NCBI RefSeq assembly: GCF_006345805.1
Contig: NC_042998.1
Location: forward strand, 38,192,001 to 38,256,000
Direction: 5' to 3'
Source: Octopus sinensis
Lineage: Eukaryota
DNA length: 64,000 nucleotides
The notes beneath the pieces were generated by a model. It had not been told where the DNA came from. It did not search any database and saw only the letters and a list, made by a program, of their open reading frames with translations. Below are positions 26,641-40,648 of this stretch, one piece after another (position 1 is the stretch's first letter; each line of letters begins with the position of its first letter). A program made the position numbers and the translations under genes.

Positions 26641-27727
26641 GAGAGGCCACAAAAATGGTGGTCTCTTCCAGATCTATACAAGACATATTACTATCTCATG
26701 TACTGCATCAATAGATAATATTTAATTAAGTTTATCTGGTAAAGCACTAGAGAAGGGTCAGGTTTAAAATTTACTTCTGATAATGGACATCATCATAAAA
26801 TGTGGCTTTTGTTACATTCAAATATAAGTAAAATTATACACCCTTTTTAGATTCTCCACCTGTCAAGAAAATTTAAAAGAAACTTCCCATATATGCTTCG
26901 TATAAAATCAATATTTGTAGATGATGTGAGGAGGCTGAAGCATTGGTATGCGATGTCCAGCCTCCTTCCTCCCGTGTTGTTCTAACCTTATCGGATCTGA
27001 CTTTTCGACTAGTAGAGAAGAGTGACAGGTTAGAATGTACTTCAACTTGCTTCGTAAGATTTCAGTAGGCAGTAGTATTCTGTCAGCTCAGAAATAACGT
27101 GAGAACAATGGTGTGGTGGTTTTAAGGTGATCTACTTTTCACTACTAAAACATATAAATTTATCCTTCGTAAAGCGAAAGTATTTGTAATTTATACCCAT
27201 GAAGCAACGCTCTTGGTCACTTGTTACCCACATACTGTCCACCCTCTTCACAGCTCTTATGACTTCTATAAAACGTATCCAGTAATCTGCCCTCCCCTAA
27301 ATTTTAAAAAGTATAATTTATTTTCCTCCGACTTAAAACAAACAACTGATTAGGTTTCCTATTACATGTGCACATGGGAGTTTGCTATAAGTGTCAGAAG
27401 AAGACACTTCAAGTTTAACCACCCTACCAAGTCTTCCATTTAATATTTTTCCGACAGATCACCTTAAAAAACATATTATTTCCTTCAAAATATCAACTTC
27501 TGCTGCAACATTTTAATCTTCCACTTCTTGTACTGTAGTCTTCAAGTTTCAGTTAATTAAGACAGCTCTTACTCCAACCCTTCTGGTTGTTTGCCTGCTA
27601 CTTCGGTCAATTTTCAGTGATCGCTTTTCACAGATGAAAAAATCGCTCTGATACAATTGAAAATATATTCTCGAAAATCTGTTTAAGTTTTCATTTAAAA
27701 AGTCTAAAGTAAAGGCTTTTTTTTCAC

Positions 27728-28200
27728 GAATAAAAAGTAGATTAACAACTGCCACAACCTTGAAGCATACAACACTCTCTTTGGTGTATCATCTGACCAT
27801 CGAGTGGTAACATCTAAGCTTCAGGTAAGCCTCCGAGCAAACAAGATAAAAGGAACCACAAGACTGCCCTACAACTGGGTTATTCTGACGTACGAGTAAG
27901 TTCGAAATGGTTTCACGATTAAACTCAGAAATCGCTTCGATGCAAGCGAAGATCCCACACCAAACACAATATATCTCAAACTCATTATGAGGCTGCCGAA
28001 AAATGCATCCCTTTGAGAGCAAAAGTGACACGAAGAAAGTACGACAGCAAATATGAGTTAACAAGTTTCAGGCAAAACCGATCTCACTACATCCAAATTC
28101 TGGAGATACACATCAAACACAGTATGACGACAAAACAAGCATCAGAAGGTCACCTTCATCAGAACTTGACTGTTGCCATATGATAGAGTGCTAGGCGTTT
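27728..28200 (+). mobile_element. RTE-like LINE relic (end of endonuclease plus linker)
   Basis: NKK*INNCHNLEAYNTLFGVSSDHRVVTSKLQVSLRANK...LRNRFDA...EAAEKCIPL, with in-frame stops. Confidence 0.75.
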
Positions 28201-29499
28201 CCCTTACTGTGTCCTTTACAGCCCTTTCTGGTCAAGATATAATGATCAGCAGGTGAATAATACAATATGCAATGCAAGGTTAATAGTAACCAGAAAGGAA
28301 TTTACATTTTAAATAACAAATTAGCAACAGCAAATATAATTTATACTAAATTTTCAGTATTTTTTTTTAATATATTGAATTTTTTTTTCATTGATATTCA
28401 AATACAAATAATCATTTCTGAAATCATTTAAATATAAGAAATAACTTTTTATGACATAAATTTTGCAATGATAAATTTTTAATGCTCAATTCCATTAATG
28501 TATCAAATTTCAGAGTACGTTCGTATCTTTTTGAATATTTACTATCTTTTTGTAATTTTGGATATTTCTGCCAGAATAAATAATTGGTTACTTTGATATA
28601 AAATACTATTTTGTTACTTAAGTTTAGTTACAAAGCTTTCCATGTTACTAAATTTGTTAGTAATCATTCATTCATTCGCATTCATTCTTCGTAAGATTTT
28701 TCTACCTTGTCAATTTTCTGTCCTGCCAGTTCTTGCTATTAGATTTATTTCCCTCATTTACATCTATAAAACGAGCCGAAGTATACTAAATTTTCTTTTG
28801 CTTTTTTTTCTATATAATTTAAAGCCAATATCAGGTGTTACTTCCTTTCCAATTAGACAAGGTATTCCTTTCTCCCTTCCATTTTAACAAAAATAGACTT
28901 CTTTCATTTTGATCATTCAAATATGCATAATTTTACGAAATGTGTTCAAAAAATTGCAAAGATTTTATGGATTTAACATGAAATTAGGCCGAACGATCAT
29001 TCGCGTTCAAGCGCATTTTACTACTCTACAATTTTCAAGAGACTTGCAGAATTAGATTCCTCTCAATAAGACTTTTTATCAAGACGTAATAAAAACAAAA
29101 TGTTACAGAAAAAAGGAAAACTTTCTTGCTTAGATTTTGAAACTGTTGAAACTGTGAATCACAAATCTTTTAACACATAATGGTTGCCTTTTATTTTAAC
29201 AAACAATTTTCTATTACAATACCTCAAAACGAGGTTAAACACTTGTCCTTTTCACTGAACGTAATGGCATTACGATTGCTGAAGACCTGAGATTGCTAGA
29301 GCGCTTACTATTAGCAGAGTAAGCAAATGTTATGGTGGTTGTAAGTACATTATGCAGCCACTGTAGTTGCTGATTAATGTGTGTGTGTACGCGCCTGTGA
29401 GTGCATACGTGGATGAGTGTGTGTGTGCGAGCGCACGCCTACGTGCGTGTTTGTGTGTCAGCTGTATAACTTCTATCACCAGTATCGACCAAATTATAA

Positions 29500-30420
29500 G
29501 ATGATGTTCTACACCATCTGGTCACGATGCGCTTTTAATTCTTTCTTGGTTGCACCATCCTTTTCTATGTTGGCCCATAACGTTTCGCCAATACATGTCA
29601 CCGTCCTACTGGAACCTCTCAGGGGTCTTTTTCCGATTTCTTGAATACTACTCGGTAACCGAACGGGTCCAACTGCTGTCTGTGATTCTTGCGACGTGTC
29701 CATCATAGCGAAACTTACGCTTTTGGTACTTAATACGAGTTGCTTCAAACTATTTATTGAATTACAAATTATTTCCTGATATTCTGATTTTGAATGTAAA
29801 TATATTGCTTCCTAATCATCTGTTCCTTCGCTGCCATTGGTGATTTATTGCTTTTTTTTTTGTAGTTTTCCTTGGAAACATGCCTGTTGTTTTTTTTTCG
29901 AATAGAGGAATTCTATATTTTATAATGACTCATTCATTTATTATTGAGTAAGGAACGCTTATCCTTAGTGTTCTCTGATTTCAGTTCTTTATTGTTTTTC
30001 GTATTATTCCCCCATGTTTTTTGTGTATTTTGGCTGTAAATCTCATTAAGTTTTCAGACATTTTTTTTTAATTTCATTTTCTTTCATTCCCTATAAGTTA
30101 TTGTTCACGTTGTTAGTTTTCTATGATGTTTCCGTACGAAACGATTCGGTGATATATCTAGTCTAGAGTATTGCTTGTGTGGCTTCTACATATATTAGTT
30201 AATTTAATATCGTGCTTTTAATATCGTTCGTATATGTTTCCAGACTGTCTGTAGCAGCCCAGATTCTCTTCCTCATTATTGTTACCAATTTATCAGTTTA
30301 ATATTTTTCTGGGTGTTTCGTTGTTCTATATTAGTAAACGATGATTCAAATATTCTCCTTTTTCCAGCTTTAGATTATATTTACATTCACAATGTTTTGT
30401 TTTAGGTCTCTCTTTACATT
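29500..30420 (-). mobile_element. RTE-clade LINE relic
   Basis: YDGHVARITDSSWTRSVTE*YSRNRKK matches the WAGHVAR..RWT..VTEW.PR motif. Upstream extent is uncertain. Confidence 0.6.
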
Positions 30421-31344
30421 ATATCGATTTTATACTCATGAGTGATCAAATACTCAATGGAGCGATCTTTGTTCTAATTTGCTGACTGAGTCTATAACAG
30501 AAATGTTTGGCACCTAGGAGTTGAAACCGGATGGTTACGTTTCACCAAGCAGGATTTTTCTCAGAGATTGATGACGTTAGCACACGGCTGACCAATCAGA
30601 TGTCTAGCAAAGATCCCTGTATCAAGAGGAATGTGATTCGCTCAGTTGCTGATGATGTCAGTAAGGAAATGGCTACTCTGATATCTTGGAGAACAAATTC
30701 TCAGTAAGTTGCTTTTTCGCGCTTGTTTCAATGACTGAAGTTTCCACTATAAATAGAATGGACTTTCAAGTATCAGCCAATGTACCCGTCACCCAGCCAG
30801 AAACATTGCTGCAATGTTTAGGACAACACGACCACAATAACGGCAATGTGGCTGTAGCATCAACACCAGTCCATGATGATGATGATGACGACGACGACAA
30901 CGACGACACAGCTTAACCACCTAAATACTAGAATCAACAAAATTGTTCCAGTGGTGACATACACCTGTCAAACCTCTACACAAGCTACTCTCATTCTGTC
31001 CTTCTCGGTCGTAACAGAATCTCATACAAATCGTTAGACTATTTAACTGGTGTATTTTCTGCCGTTGCTAGTAACAACAATACATAAATTTTGTTGGTGA
31101 TAAAAATAAATATTTCTTTGTATTTAATATCTCAAACGAAATTTGTGTTCCTGCATTCATCGACATCCATTCAGTCCAGCCAAATCTTTTCACGACCAAA
31201 ACAGAAACATTCTTGTCATAGTTCTTTCCACGTATGTTAGGGTTCAACTGAAATATATTTTGCTATTTACGTTAGTTACATTCTTTCTTTGCACCGAATC
31301 TTTACTATTGATATATATTTTCAACATTTAGTAGTGTTTAATAG

Positions 31345-31655
31345 GACGGCGAGCTGGCAGAATCGGTAACACGCCGGGGAAAATGCTTGGTGGCATTTCG
31401 CCCATCTTTACATGCGGAGTTCAATTTCTGCCGAGGTCGACCTTGCCTTTTAGTTGTTCTAGCTCCATAAAATAAATACCAGTTGGGCACTGGAGTTGAT
31501 ATATTCGGTTTAACCCCACCCCCGAAATTGCTGGCCTCGTGCTAAATTTGAAACCAATATTTGTGTTTGTTGTATTTTTTTGCTATAATTATTTATGGGC
31601 TTTATTTACAGCCTTTGCTATGATGCCCCAGCATGACCGCAGCTTTGAAGTTGAA
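31345..31655 (+). mobile_element. Degenerate SINE family B variant ending in a family A-type tail
   Basis: GGCGAGCTGGCAGAATCGG head and GCCGAGGTCGACCTTGCCTTT centre; tail TGCCCCAGCATGACCGCAGC. Confidence 0.75.
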
Positions 31656-31659
31656 CGTG

Positions 31660-32205
31660 CCCTGAGGACAGCGAATCTGTTTCAAGAAGAAGAAACTTCC
31701 AACGGCTATTGGGAGGTGACTGCAGATTCACCAGGGTACCAGGGACTCTTTCCCATCCCAGTTACAACAAAAAACGGACATTCTAATGTGGTGTGAAAGA
31801 AAGTTGTGAATCTAGTCGAGTCAACAGTTCCTCATGAAGATAACATGGACGCCGCTCGGGCTCGAAAGATTGGCCGTTATGTAAACCTCCTCGAGGAATG
31901 TGAAGAAGCAGGCTGAAATGTCGGATGTAGAGGATTTGAGGTGACTGTTGTTATCGTTAGGCCTAACTCATCGTAACGTAAATACCACCATGAACGATAT
32001 CCAAACTACAGCGGAAAAGGCTAGCCACTGGATTTGGGTCAAAAGAGACGATGAGCGATGGCTAGAAGAATATTGAGCTTTATTTGATAACCAGTTGATC
32101 TAGCAAGCGGGGGTTCATATCAGGGAGGCTGGGTCGGTGTGCATTGGTGCCGTCGACAGGTGGGCCCCGAAACGGCACACATTCTCTCCTGATGACCCCA
32201 TAAAC
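31660..32205 (+). mobile_element. HERO-like (RLE) non-LTR retrotransposon 3' relic
   Basis: DILMW..VNLVESTVPHEDNMDAARARKIGRYVNLLEECEEAG*..VGCRGF..AEKASHWIWVKRDDERW: PD..E.TVP.E nuclease plus the HERO-type AEKAS.W.W.KR end. Frameshifted. Confidence 0.8.
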
Positions 32206-32859
32206 TTGCTGGCTTCCGGTATGCGGAGCCTTCTACTGGTAGCTTTTGCATGTTCAAGTTCTTTGCAAAACATAGCATTTTTGTTCCCAAGTCAATCACA
32301 GTTAATTTTTCTCAAGGTGCTATATTCTATTAGCATGGTTTATTGAAAGTGTTTAATTATAGAATATGAATCTAGAATACAAAACTCTTTCTCTGCAGAT
32401 TGTTTGTATATAATTGCAATTTTTTCAAAGTGCCGTGGAACAAATTTTCTCTTCCTTATTTAGATTCGAATCCATTTCATTTTGTTTTGTTTTGCTTTCA
32501 TCACTGCTCCTCAAAATTATTTCGCACTCTATCTTTCATGTTCTAAGGCACTTCCGTTTTCATTGACACATTCTCTTTAGCGACGTAGAGATAGTTGAAA
32601 ATATCTGCAATGCGACGTTTAATTTATTCTTTTTACACTTAAGCTTCCGATGGAGTATGCTTTGAAACTATTTATGGCTAGTCTAAATGCACATTGGTCT
32701 CGATTTGATTCGAACAAAATATTTAAGTATAATTTTTATGTATTAGAATTAGCAGAGCTATTATAGATTTTGTATTTATTTCTTATTTGAAAGTTTTATA
32801 TTTTAATTTCTATCCACACTTCTCTTAAATGACATGTTATCTTCTTTATAACTCTGCAG

Positions 32860-32967
<108 letters not shown>

Positions 32968-32983
32968 TGTGTGTGTGTGTGTG

Positions 32984-33028
<45 letters not shown>

Positions 33029-33060
33029 AAGGGTGGAAAGGAACACACGAGTTGATATAT

Positions 33061-34156
33061 ATGAAAAAACAAGTCAAAAATAGAAAATGCTAAGATAATT
33101 TATAGTGAATCTTTCAGTACCGGTTTCGGTCATTTTGAGACCTTTTCAACTGTAACGATTAAATAATTAAATTTAGAAAAATTAGAAGAAAAGTTTTTTT
33201 AAGGGAATATTTCTATAGTAGTGTTCAGATATAAGTGGCATTCTTCCTTTCTCTGACTCCCTTGTTTGCACTTGTGTGTTCGAGGTCGTTGTGAGTTCTT
33301 GGTAGGGTAGGAGGGAAGCAGAAGGCTGATGTGGAGAGGGGGTGGGGGGAAATCTGGGAATGCCTTGATGGTCGTATTTGAATGGTCAGTGGCGGACAGC
33401 AGTCGCAGTTCAATTCAGGAATTGTTTATGGAATTTGCGTAGGCGTTATACTGAAAGGCATTAGTGACAAGGTTAAGGGGTAGAAGGTGGAGAAGTAGAA
33501 GAAGAAGAAGATGAGAAGAAGATGACGATGTGATGATGATGATGATGAAGAAGAAGAAGAAGAAGAAGAAGAAAGAAGAAGAAGAAGAAGAAGAGAGAGA
33601 AGAAGAAGAAGAAGAAGAAGAAGAATGAGATGAGATGATGATGATGATGGTGGTGATGATGATGACGACGATGATGATGATAATGATGATGATGAAGAAG
33701 AAGAAAAAAACAGAGAAGGGAGAATATGAATGGGTGAAAGTATAGCTGTGATGGGGCTGATTAGTAATGGATTCTATGGAATGTAATATTTGTGTGTGTA
33801 TATATTTCTTTTATTCTAAAGTTGAGGTATATTAATTGTTTGTCGTAGACCCGTTAAGAAGTGGCCTGTATTTTGTAATAAATCCACATCGGCCTTCTGC
33901 TTCTCCTACCCTACCAAGAACTCACAACGACCTCGAACACACAAGCGCAAACAAGGGAGTCAGAGAAAGGCAGAATGCCACTTATATCTGAACACTACTA
34001 TAGAAATATTCCCTTAAAAAAACTTTTCTTCTAATTTTTCTAAATTTAATTATTTAATCGTTACAGTTGAAAAGGTCTCAAAATGACCGAAACCGGTACT
34101 GAAAGATTCACTATAAAATTATCTTAGCATTTTCTATTTTTGACTTGTTTTTTCAT
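33061..34156 (-). mobile_element. Truncated Penelope-like element with an inverted terminal duplication
   Basis: Inverted arms 33061-33335 and 33883-34156; minus-strand FITKYRPLLN (GIY-YIG C-terminus) at 33882-33853; one HHR per arm; internal (GAA)n/(GAT)n at 33495-33705; (TA)n flanks. Confidence 0.82.
34064..34101 (+). ncRNA. Minimal type I HHR, U3-A8 core variant (mirror copy at 33115-33152, minus)
   Basis: CAG-TTGAAAA-GGTC tcaaaat GACC-GAAA-CCGG-TA-CTG; palindromic ACCGGT in place of stem III. Confidence 0.7.
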
Positions 34157-34166
34157 ATATATATAT

Positions 34167-34199
<33 letters not shown>

Positions 34200-34234
34200 G
34201 TATGTATATATATGTATATATAAATATATATAAT

Positions 34235-34286
<52 letters not shown>

Positions 34287-34316
34287 CATATATATATACA
34301 TATATATATATATGTA

Positions 34317-34675
34317 CACTCTTTTACTCTTTTACTTGTTTCAGTCATTTGACTGCGGCCATGCTGGAGCACCGCCTTTAGCCGAGCAAATCGACCCAGG
34401 GACTTATTCTTTGTAAGCCCAGTACTTATTCTATCGGTCTCTTTTGCCGAACCGTTAAGTGACGGGGACGTAAACACACCAGCATCGGTTGTCAAGCAAT
34501 GCTAGGGAGACAAACACAGACACACAAACACACACACATACATACATATATATATATATACATATATACGACAGGCTTCTTTCAGTTTCCGTCTACCAAA
34601 TCCACTCACAAGGCATTGGTCGGCCCGGGGCTATAGCAGAAGACACTTGCCCAAGATGCCACGCAGTGGGATTGA
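34317..34675 (-). mobile_element. SINE family A, 5'-truncated
   Basis: Collinear with 3138-3490. Confidence 0.9.
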
Positions 34676-34717
34676 TGTATGTATATATGTATATATATAT
34701 ATATATATAATTATATA

Positions 34718-34751
<34 letters not shown>

Positions 34752-34801
34752 ATAATATATATTATATATATATATATATATTTTATATATATATATATAT
34801 A

Positions 34802-34972
34802 TAGGCGTGAGGCTGTGCAGTAAGAGGTATGCTTCCTAAACACATGGTTCCCTGTTCAGTCCCACTGCGTCGAACTTTGAACAAATGTTTACTGCAATAA
34901 TCCTAGGCCGACCAGAGCTTTATGAGTGTATTTGGTAGAGGGAAAACTGAAAGACGCCTACTATACATAGAT

Positions 34973-35008
<36 letters not shown>

Positions 35009-35310
35009 ACATACATACATACATACATACATACACACCTACATACACACACACACACGCACACACACACAGATACATACATACATACATACATACATAC
35101 ATACATACATACATACATACATACATACATACATACACACCTACATACACACACACGCACACACACACACATACATACATACATACATGCAAACATGCAT
35201 ACATGCATACATGCATACAAGCATACATGCATACATACATACATACATACATACATACATACATACATACATACATACATACATACATACATACATACAT
35301 ACATACATAC
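34802..35310 (+). mobile_element. Degenerate SINE family A head followed by a (CATA)n/(CA)n expansion
   Basis: Head at 34802-34965; about 345 bp of repeat sits where the internal microsatellite normally lies. Confidence 0.7.
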
Positions 35311-36444
35311 GTAGGAAAAGTTAGAGATTTGGGGAGAAAACAGCTGAAGAAATCCACTTCATGTTCTTCCCTATACTTCATTTTAAGAACCCAGGAACAA
35401 ATTATAATTCCGTTGGGTTTGAACTCAAAATGCAGTGAGCTGCAATATATACCGCATTGTACATTTTCGTTGCTTCAACTGCAAATGCGACAACCTTGCG
35501 TTCGTTTGAATATCATATTCTATGCTTAGACGTTGCACTTGCCGTTAAGAAAATATCGCTTCTTATCCATTTCATGCTTCTAGAAACACTTAACTGAGAG
35601 TCATAATTCTTCTTTTTAAGAACATATTTTGTATATTAAATGAGCTTAAGGTATTTCGAGATGTGACTCATGTTTGGAACAAACAAAAGAAAACAACTTC
35701 ATAAGAACCATGTAAAGATGATAATACTGCATACTTTTCGAAACTGTCTACACAAACTGCAAAATTTACCCCGAAGATACAGCAAATTGTATTGATGTGG
35801 CTTCTGATTAAAAACTATTCTATCAGCGAAACATTTGTACTGGGATATATATACTAATTCTTAATGATTATAAGAATATATGGCATGCCGTTTTTACATG
35901 CCATAAGGTTTCCGGAGAGAAGCCATATTCTGAAGCTAGTATCACTTCAAATGATCTAAATAAAATTCAGTAATTTTCCCTAATATTAACACTAAATGTT
36001 CCTGTGTATGTTCTTAAACCCGGCATTAACAAAGTTAAGCTAATTATCTCATCTTAACAACATATTAAAACGTTGTATGAAGATTAGTTTTCTCTTTGTT
36101 ATTACTCGCTGTTATAAATATCTCAGAACGTAATTCTGTTGTGTGAGAATTGCTGATGCAAATCTGAAGTCGAAGAGGAAACTTAGTTTGGAGAATATTA
36201 GCCTTTACTAAGTTTACTAAGTACCTAATGGATTTGTCGAAGTATATTACCGCAAGTCAGATATGCACGATAAGATCAGTTGATAGAGATTATTGGATAA
36301 TCTAGAGAGCACGGGCTTTCAAGGACCTAGTTTTAAGACCAAATGTTGGAAGCATGGCACGACTTTTGGTTTTATTATGTTCCTAAGAACCACATTGTAT
36401 TTATTCAGGTGTTGAATTTAAGAGATACAGTATATGTGTGTATA

Positions 36445-37018
36445 AAACACACACATACATACATTCATACACACACATACATACACATACACATATACAT
36501 ACATACATACACACATACACACACATACACACATACATACACACACACACATACACACACACATACACACATACACACATACATACATACATATATACAC
36601 ACATGCAAACACACACACATACATACATACACACATGCATACACACATGCATACACACATATACATATACATACATATATACACACATACATACATAGAT
36701 ATACACACACATACACACACTTAAACACACATACATATATACACACATACATATATACATACATACATACATACATACATACACATGTACATACATACAC
36801 ACACACATGCATTCATACATACGTTCATACATACATACATATATACACACATACATACATATATACGCACATACATACATAGATATACATACACATACAC
36901 ACACTTACACACACATACATACATATATACACACATACATACATACATACATATAAAAAACTGCACATACACACACACACATACATACACACACACACTC
37001 ACACACATACACACATAC
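36445..37018. repeat. Degenerate (CA)/(CATA) compound microsatellite
   Basis: Read directly. Confidence 0.95.
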
Positions 37019-37154
37019 AAACCCGAAGCATGTCCGTTACGTTCACCAGTTTTCTTGATCGAACCAGAACTATTCCAGTCAGCATCGACGATTTTGTCAA
37101 AAACTTTTGGTTTCCCGATCTTCTTTCTCTCTCATGTTACTCATAAATCTTAAA

Positions 37155-37319
37155 TAGGCGCAGGAGTGGCTGTGTGGTAAGTAGCTTGCTAACCAACCAC
37201 ATGGTTCTGGGTTCAGTCTCACTGGGTGGCATCTTGGGCAAGTGTCTTCTGCTATAGCCCCGGGCTGACCAATGCCTTGTGAGTGGATTTGGTAGACGGA
37301 AACTGAAAGAAGCCTGTCG

Positions 37320-37358
<39 letters not shown>

Positions 37359-37572
37359 ATGTTTGTGTGTCTGTGTTTCTCCCCCTAGCATTGCTTGACA
37401 ACTGATGCTGGTGTGTTTACGTCTTCGTCACTTAGCAGTTCGGCAAAAGAGGCCGATAGAATAAGTACTGGGCTTACAAAGAATAAGTCCCGGGGTCGAT
37501 TTGCTCGACTAAAGGCGGTGCTCCAGCATGGCCGCAGTCAAATGACTGAAACAAGTAAAAGAGTAAAAGAGA
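37155..37572 (+). mobile_element. SINE family A, full length
   Basis: Complete from head to (GAGTAAAA)n tail. Confidence 0.93.
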
Positions 37573-37601
37573 TCGAAATGCAAGTTTTGTCATTCCATCA
37601 G

Positions 37602-37850
37602 ATGGCTTAGTAGCTGGCTATTCCGCTCACGATCTTAAGGTCGTGAGTTCGATACCCGGCGTGTCCTTGAGCAAGACACTTTATTTCACGTTGCTCCAGT
37701 TTACTCAGCTGGTAAAAATGACTTGCATCTAACTTATCACATTCTCTGTCTCGCTGAATCTCCGTGAGAATTACGTGAAGGGTAGGCGTATTTGCGGAGT
37801 ACTCAGCCACTTGCACGTTCATTTCACGAGCGGGCGGTTCCATTGATCGA
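37602..37850 (+). mobile_element. SINE family D (tRNA head, GTGTCCTTGAGCAAGACACTT centre, family C-type tail)
   Basis: B box GAGTTCGATACCC; the 3' part matches 19945-20055. Confidence 0.75.
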
Positions 37851-37994
37851 ATACACTGATTATTATTTCCAATAAGGGTTTATACTACACACAGTGAAAC
37901 AGTTAGAAAGGTTCTCAATAATTATATATTTATCCCTCTTTCAGAATAAGGTTTTGCAGTAAAATAGTTTATTAATTTCTTTCCATTTGTTGAA

Positions 37995-38145
37995 AGTGGC
38001 GAGCTGGCAGAATGGTTAGCACGCCGGGCGAAATGCTTAGCGACAAATTCCACCGACATCCACTCTGTCTTTCATCCATTAGAGATCGATTAAAAGAAGT
38101 ACCAGTTCATCATTGAGGTCTATGGGATCGACTTACCCCCTCCCT
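37995..38145 (+). mobile_element. Degenerate SINE family B
   Basis: GGCGAGCTGGCAGAATGGTTAGCACGCCGGGCGAAATG head and TTTCATCC..GATT..AGTACCAG centre. Confidence 0.75.
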
Positions 38146-38371
38146 CAAATTCATTCCCGTTACCGTTATTTCCCCCATTAAATTTATAAATACTACAAGT
38201 TCAGTTTTCTATTTCCCCATTCTTTTAATCCTTAAGTCTGTTTATCAAAAATACTCCTGAAATTTTGGTATCAACTATTTTCTAAGTGGAATGAAATATT
38301 TTTCGCTTATTATAATATTTCTTGCCAAAACCTTTCTTCTGTTTTAGTGATTGCATACTTTTAAAATATTC

Positions 38372-38477
<106 letters not shown>

Positions 38478-39743
38478 ATAAAAGCATTAATCTGTTTGGT
38501 CTTTCCGGAAATTCTTCTTAGTCGTCTGCAATACATCCATGAGTGCTTCATATTCAACTGAACTGTTGCAAATTAGCTCTCACTTACAGGCAAGACAACC
38601 ACGTTGACCTTCATACACGACCCGTGGGAGTGGGGCAGCAAGAGATGATAACTCTAATCTGAAACTATTATTACTGAAGCGACTTTTTTCACGTTTATAG
38701 TGGAACATAGACTACGCACTGCCAGCTCATTGATGTTTCATTAATGGCACATAATGGCACTGTGCGCTGGTACCGCTTCCACTACAACTTAAAAACATCT
38801 CAACAGACATTGATGTAAACTTAGAAAGTTAAAAGGTGTATGCAGTCAGTAGTATGATACATTGGGGGGTAGCTGTGTCACTAAATCCTGTTGGCAAAAC
38901 TAATAAAGTTCATTGTTAAACTACGTTTAGTTCTTTGTTAAGCAGAAAATAAATATCTTCTGTTTCTTTCCTTCCTGAAACCAATATAGATTTGCAGTGG
39001 CAATAAAACTGGCAACATCTTGCTTCTTTGTTGGGAAATAATCGTGTTCAGTAACTATTTATTATTTTACTGAAATAAAACAAAAAAAACACAATGCCCA
39101 CTTTAGTAAATTACAGAACAATTCAGAGAAGATACTTTGCGCAATATGGCTCTCGAATGAGGTTAAAGAATTTTCTGGAAGCAATTCTTTTCTTAATTCT
39201 CAAATTTGGTAAATAATTCAAAAAGAAAGGAAGAACAATTTCTAAACAAATAGATTAACTAATGATCATGTAAAGAATAATGGTTTCAAACGTGTCTCCT
39301 TGGCCTTCTTCAATTATATAGCTTCATATTTCTGTCATAATTTCAGCAGTTAATTTGTAAAAGCATAACTAACAATTGTTTATTAATTGTTCTTCTCAAG
39401 GTGTCAAATTACTAACGATTCACACATAAACAATATACAGGTAAAACTACACTACGTCCATCTGTGACCATCATTCATCTTCTCAGAGCTGTTTTCTTTA
39501 TATCTTAATTCCTTCTGAAAATCTACCCTTCGACACTTTGCTTACAAATTACACCAGTAATAGGATTTCAGGGTCTCCTCTTTCACTTTTTTCACAATGT
39601 TTCTCTGTTGTAACAGAAATCCCTTTATATGAACCAGTATTCAGAGGCCATAAACACTGACCTCTACATTGGTTACATTCTTTCGGTTACTTCATCTTAA
39701 AGTTGTAAAATACTGGGGGAAGGGGTTTCCTGATACTCTCAGA

Positions 39744-40146
39744 TTACTCTTTTACTTGTTTCAGGCATTTGACTGTGGCCATACTGGAGCACCGCCTTTA
39801 GTCGAGTAAATCGACCCTAGGACTCATTCTTTGTAAGCCTAGTACTTATTCTATCGGTCTCCTTTGCCGAACCGCCAAGTTACGGGGACGTAAACACACC
39901 AGCATCGGTTGTCAAGCGATGTTGGGGGAGGAAACACAGGCACACAAACATATACACACACACATACATATATATATATATGCACATATATACGACGGGC
40001 TTCTTTCAGTTTCCGTCTACCAAATCCACTCACAAGGCTTCGATCGGTACGAGGCTATAGTAGAAGACACTTGCCCACGGTACCACGTACTGGGACTGAA
40101 CCCGGAACTATGTGGTTGGGAAGCAAGCTACTTACCACACAGCCAC
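39744..40146 (-). mobile_element. SINE family A
   Basis: Collinear with the other copies. Confidence 0.9.
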
Positions 40147-40648
40147 ATTGTGGCATATATGTGATCGTTTGTACATACAGTTTTCTCTCTCTTTTCCTCT
40201 CCTCCTCCTCTCTGTAACCAATGTATATGCATGTGTGAGCGTGCGTGTTAAGGCATATGGAAACACGACAAATAATTCCAATTAGGGATTCTCTCTATGC
40301 TCTCCTGACATGCTAAAATAGCAGCCAGTTCGCTCACTTACACTCCTCTTTATAATATACATAAAGAAGCAATGATCATAGCAAAAATAGTTTTCAAATA
40401 GATCGGTCCTATCAAAGTATACAATTTTAAACAAAAACGTTAAAAATGGAGACCACATCTCCCTGTGGGATGAAGTTAAAATAATAGACAGAGAACATCA
40501 CTGGAAAATATAAAAGAAGCAGCACATATGCTAGGACACAACAAACCTCCTAAGCAGACCGAGTGCAGATATGAATAGCATATGGGAACCGGTATTAAAG
40601 AAGGATAGGAAAATATATTAGATTTATAAGCCCTAAAATTCACTCCTC

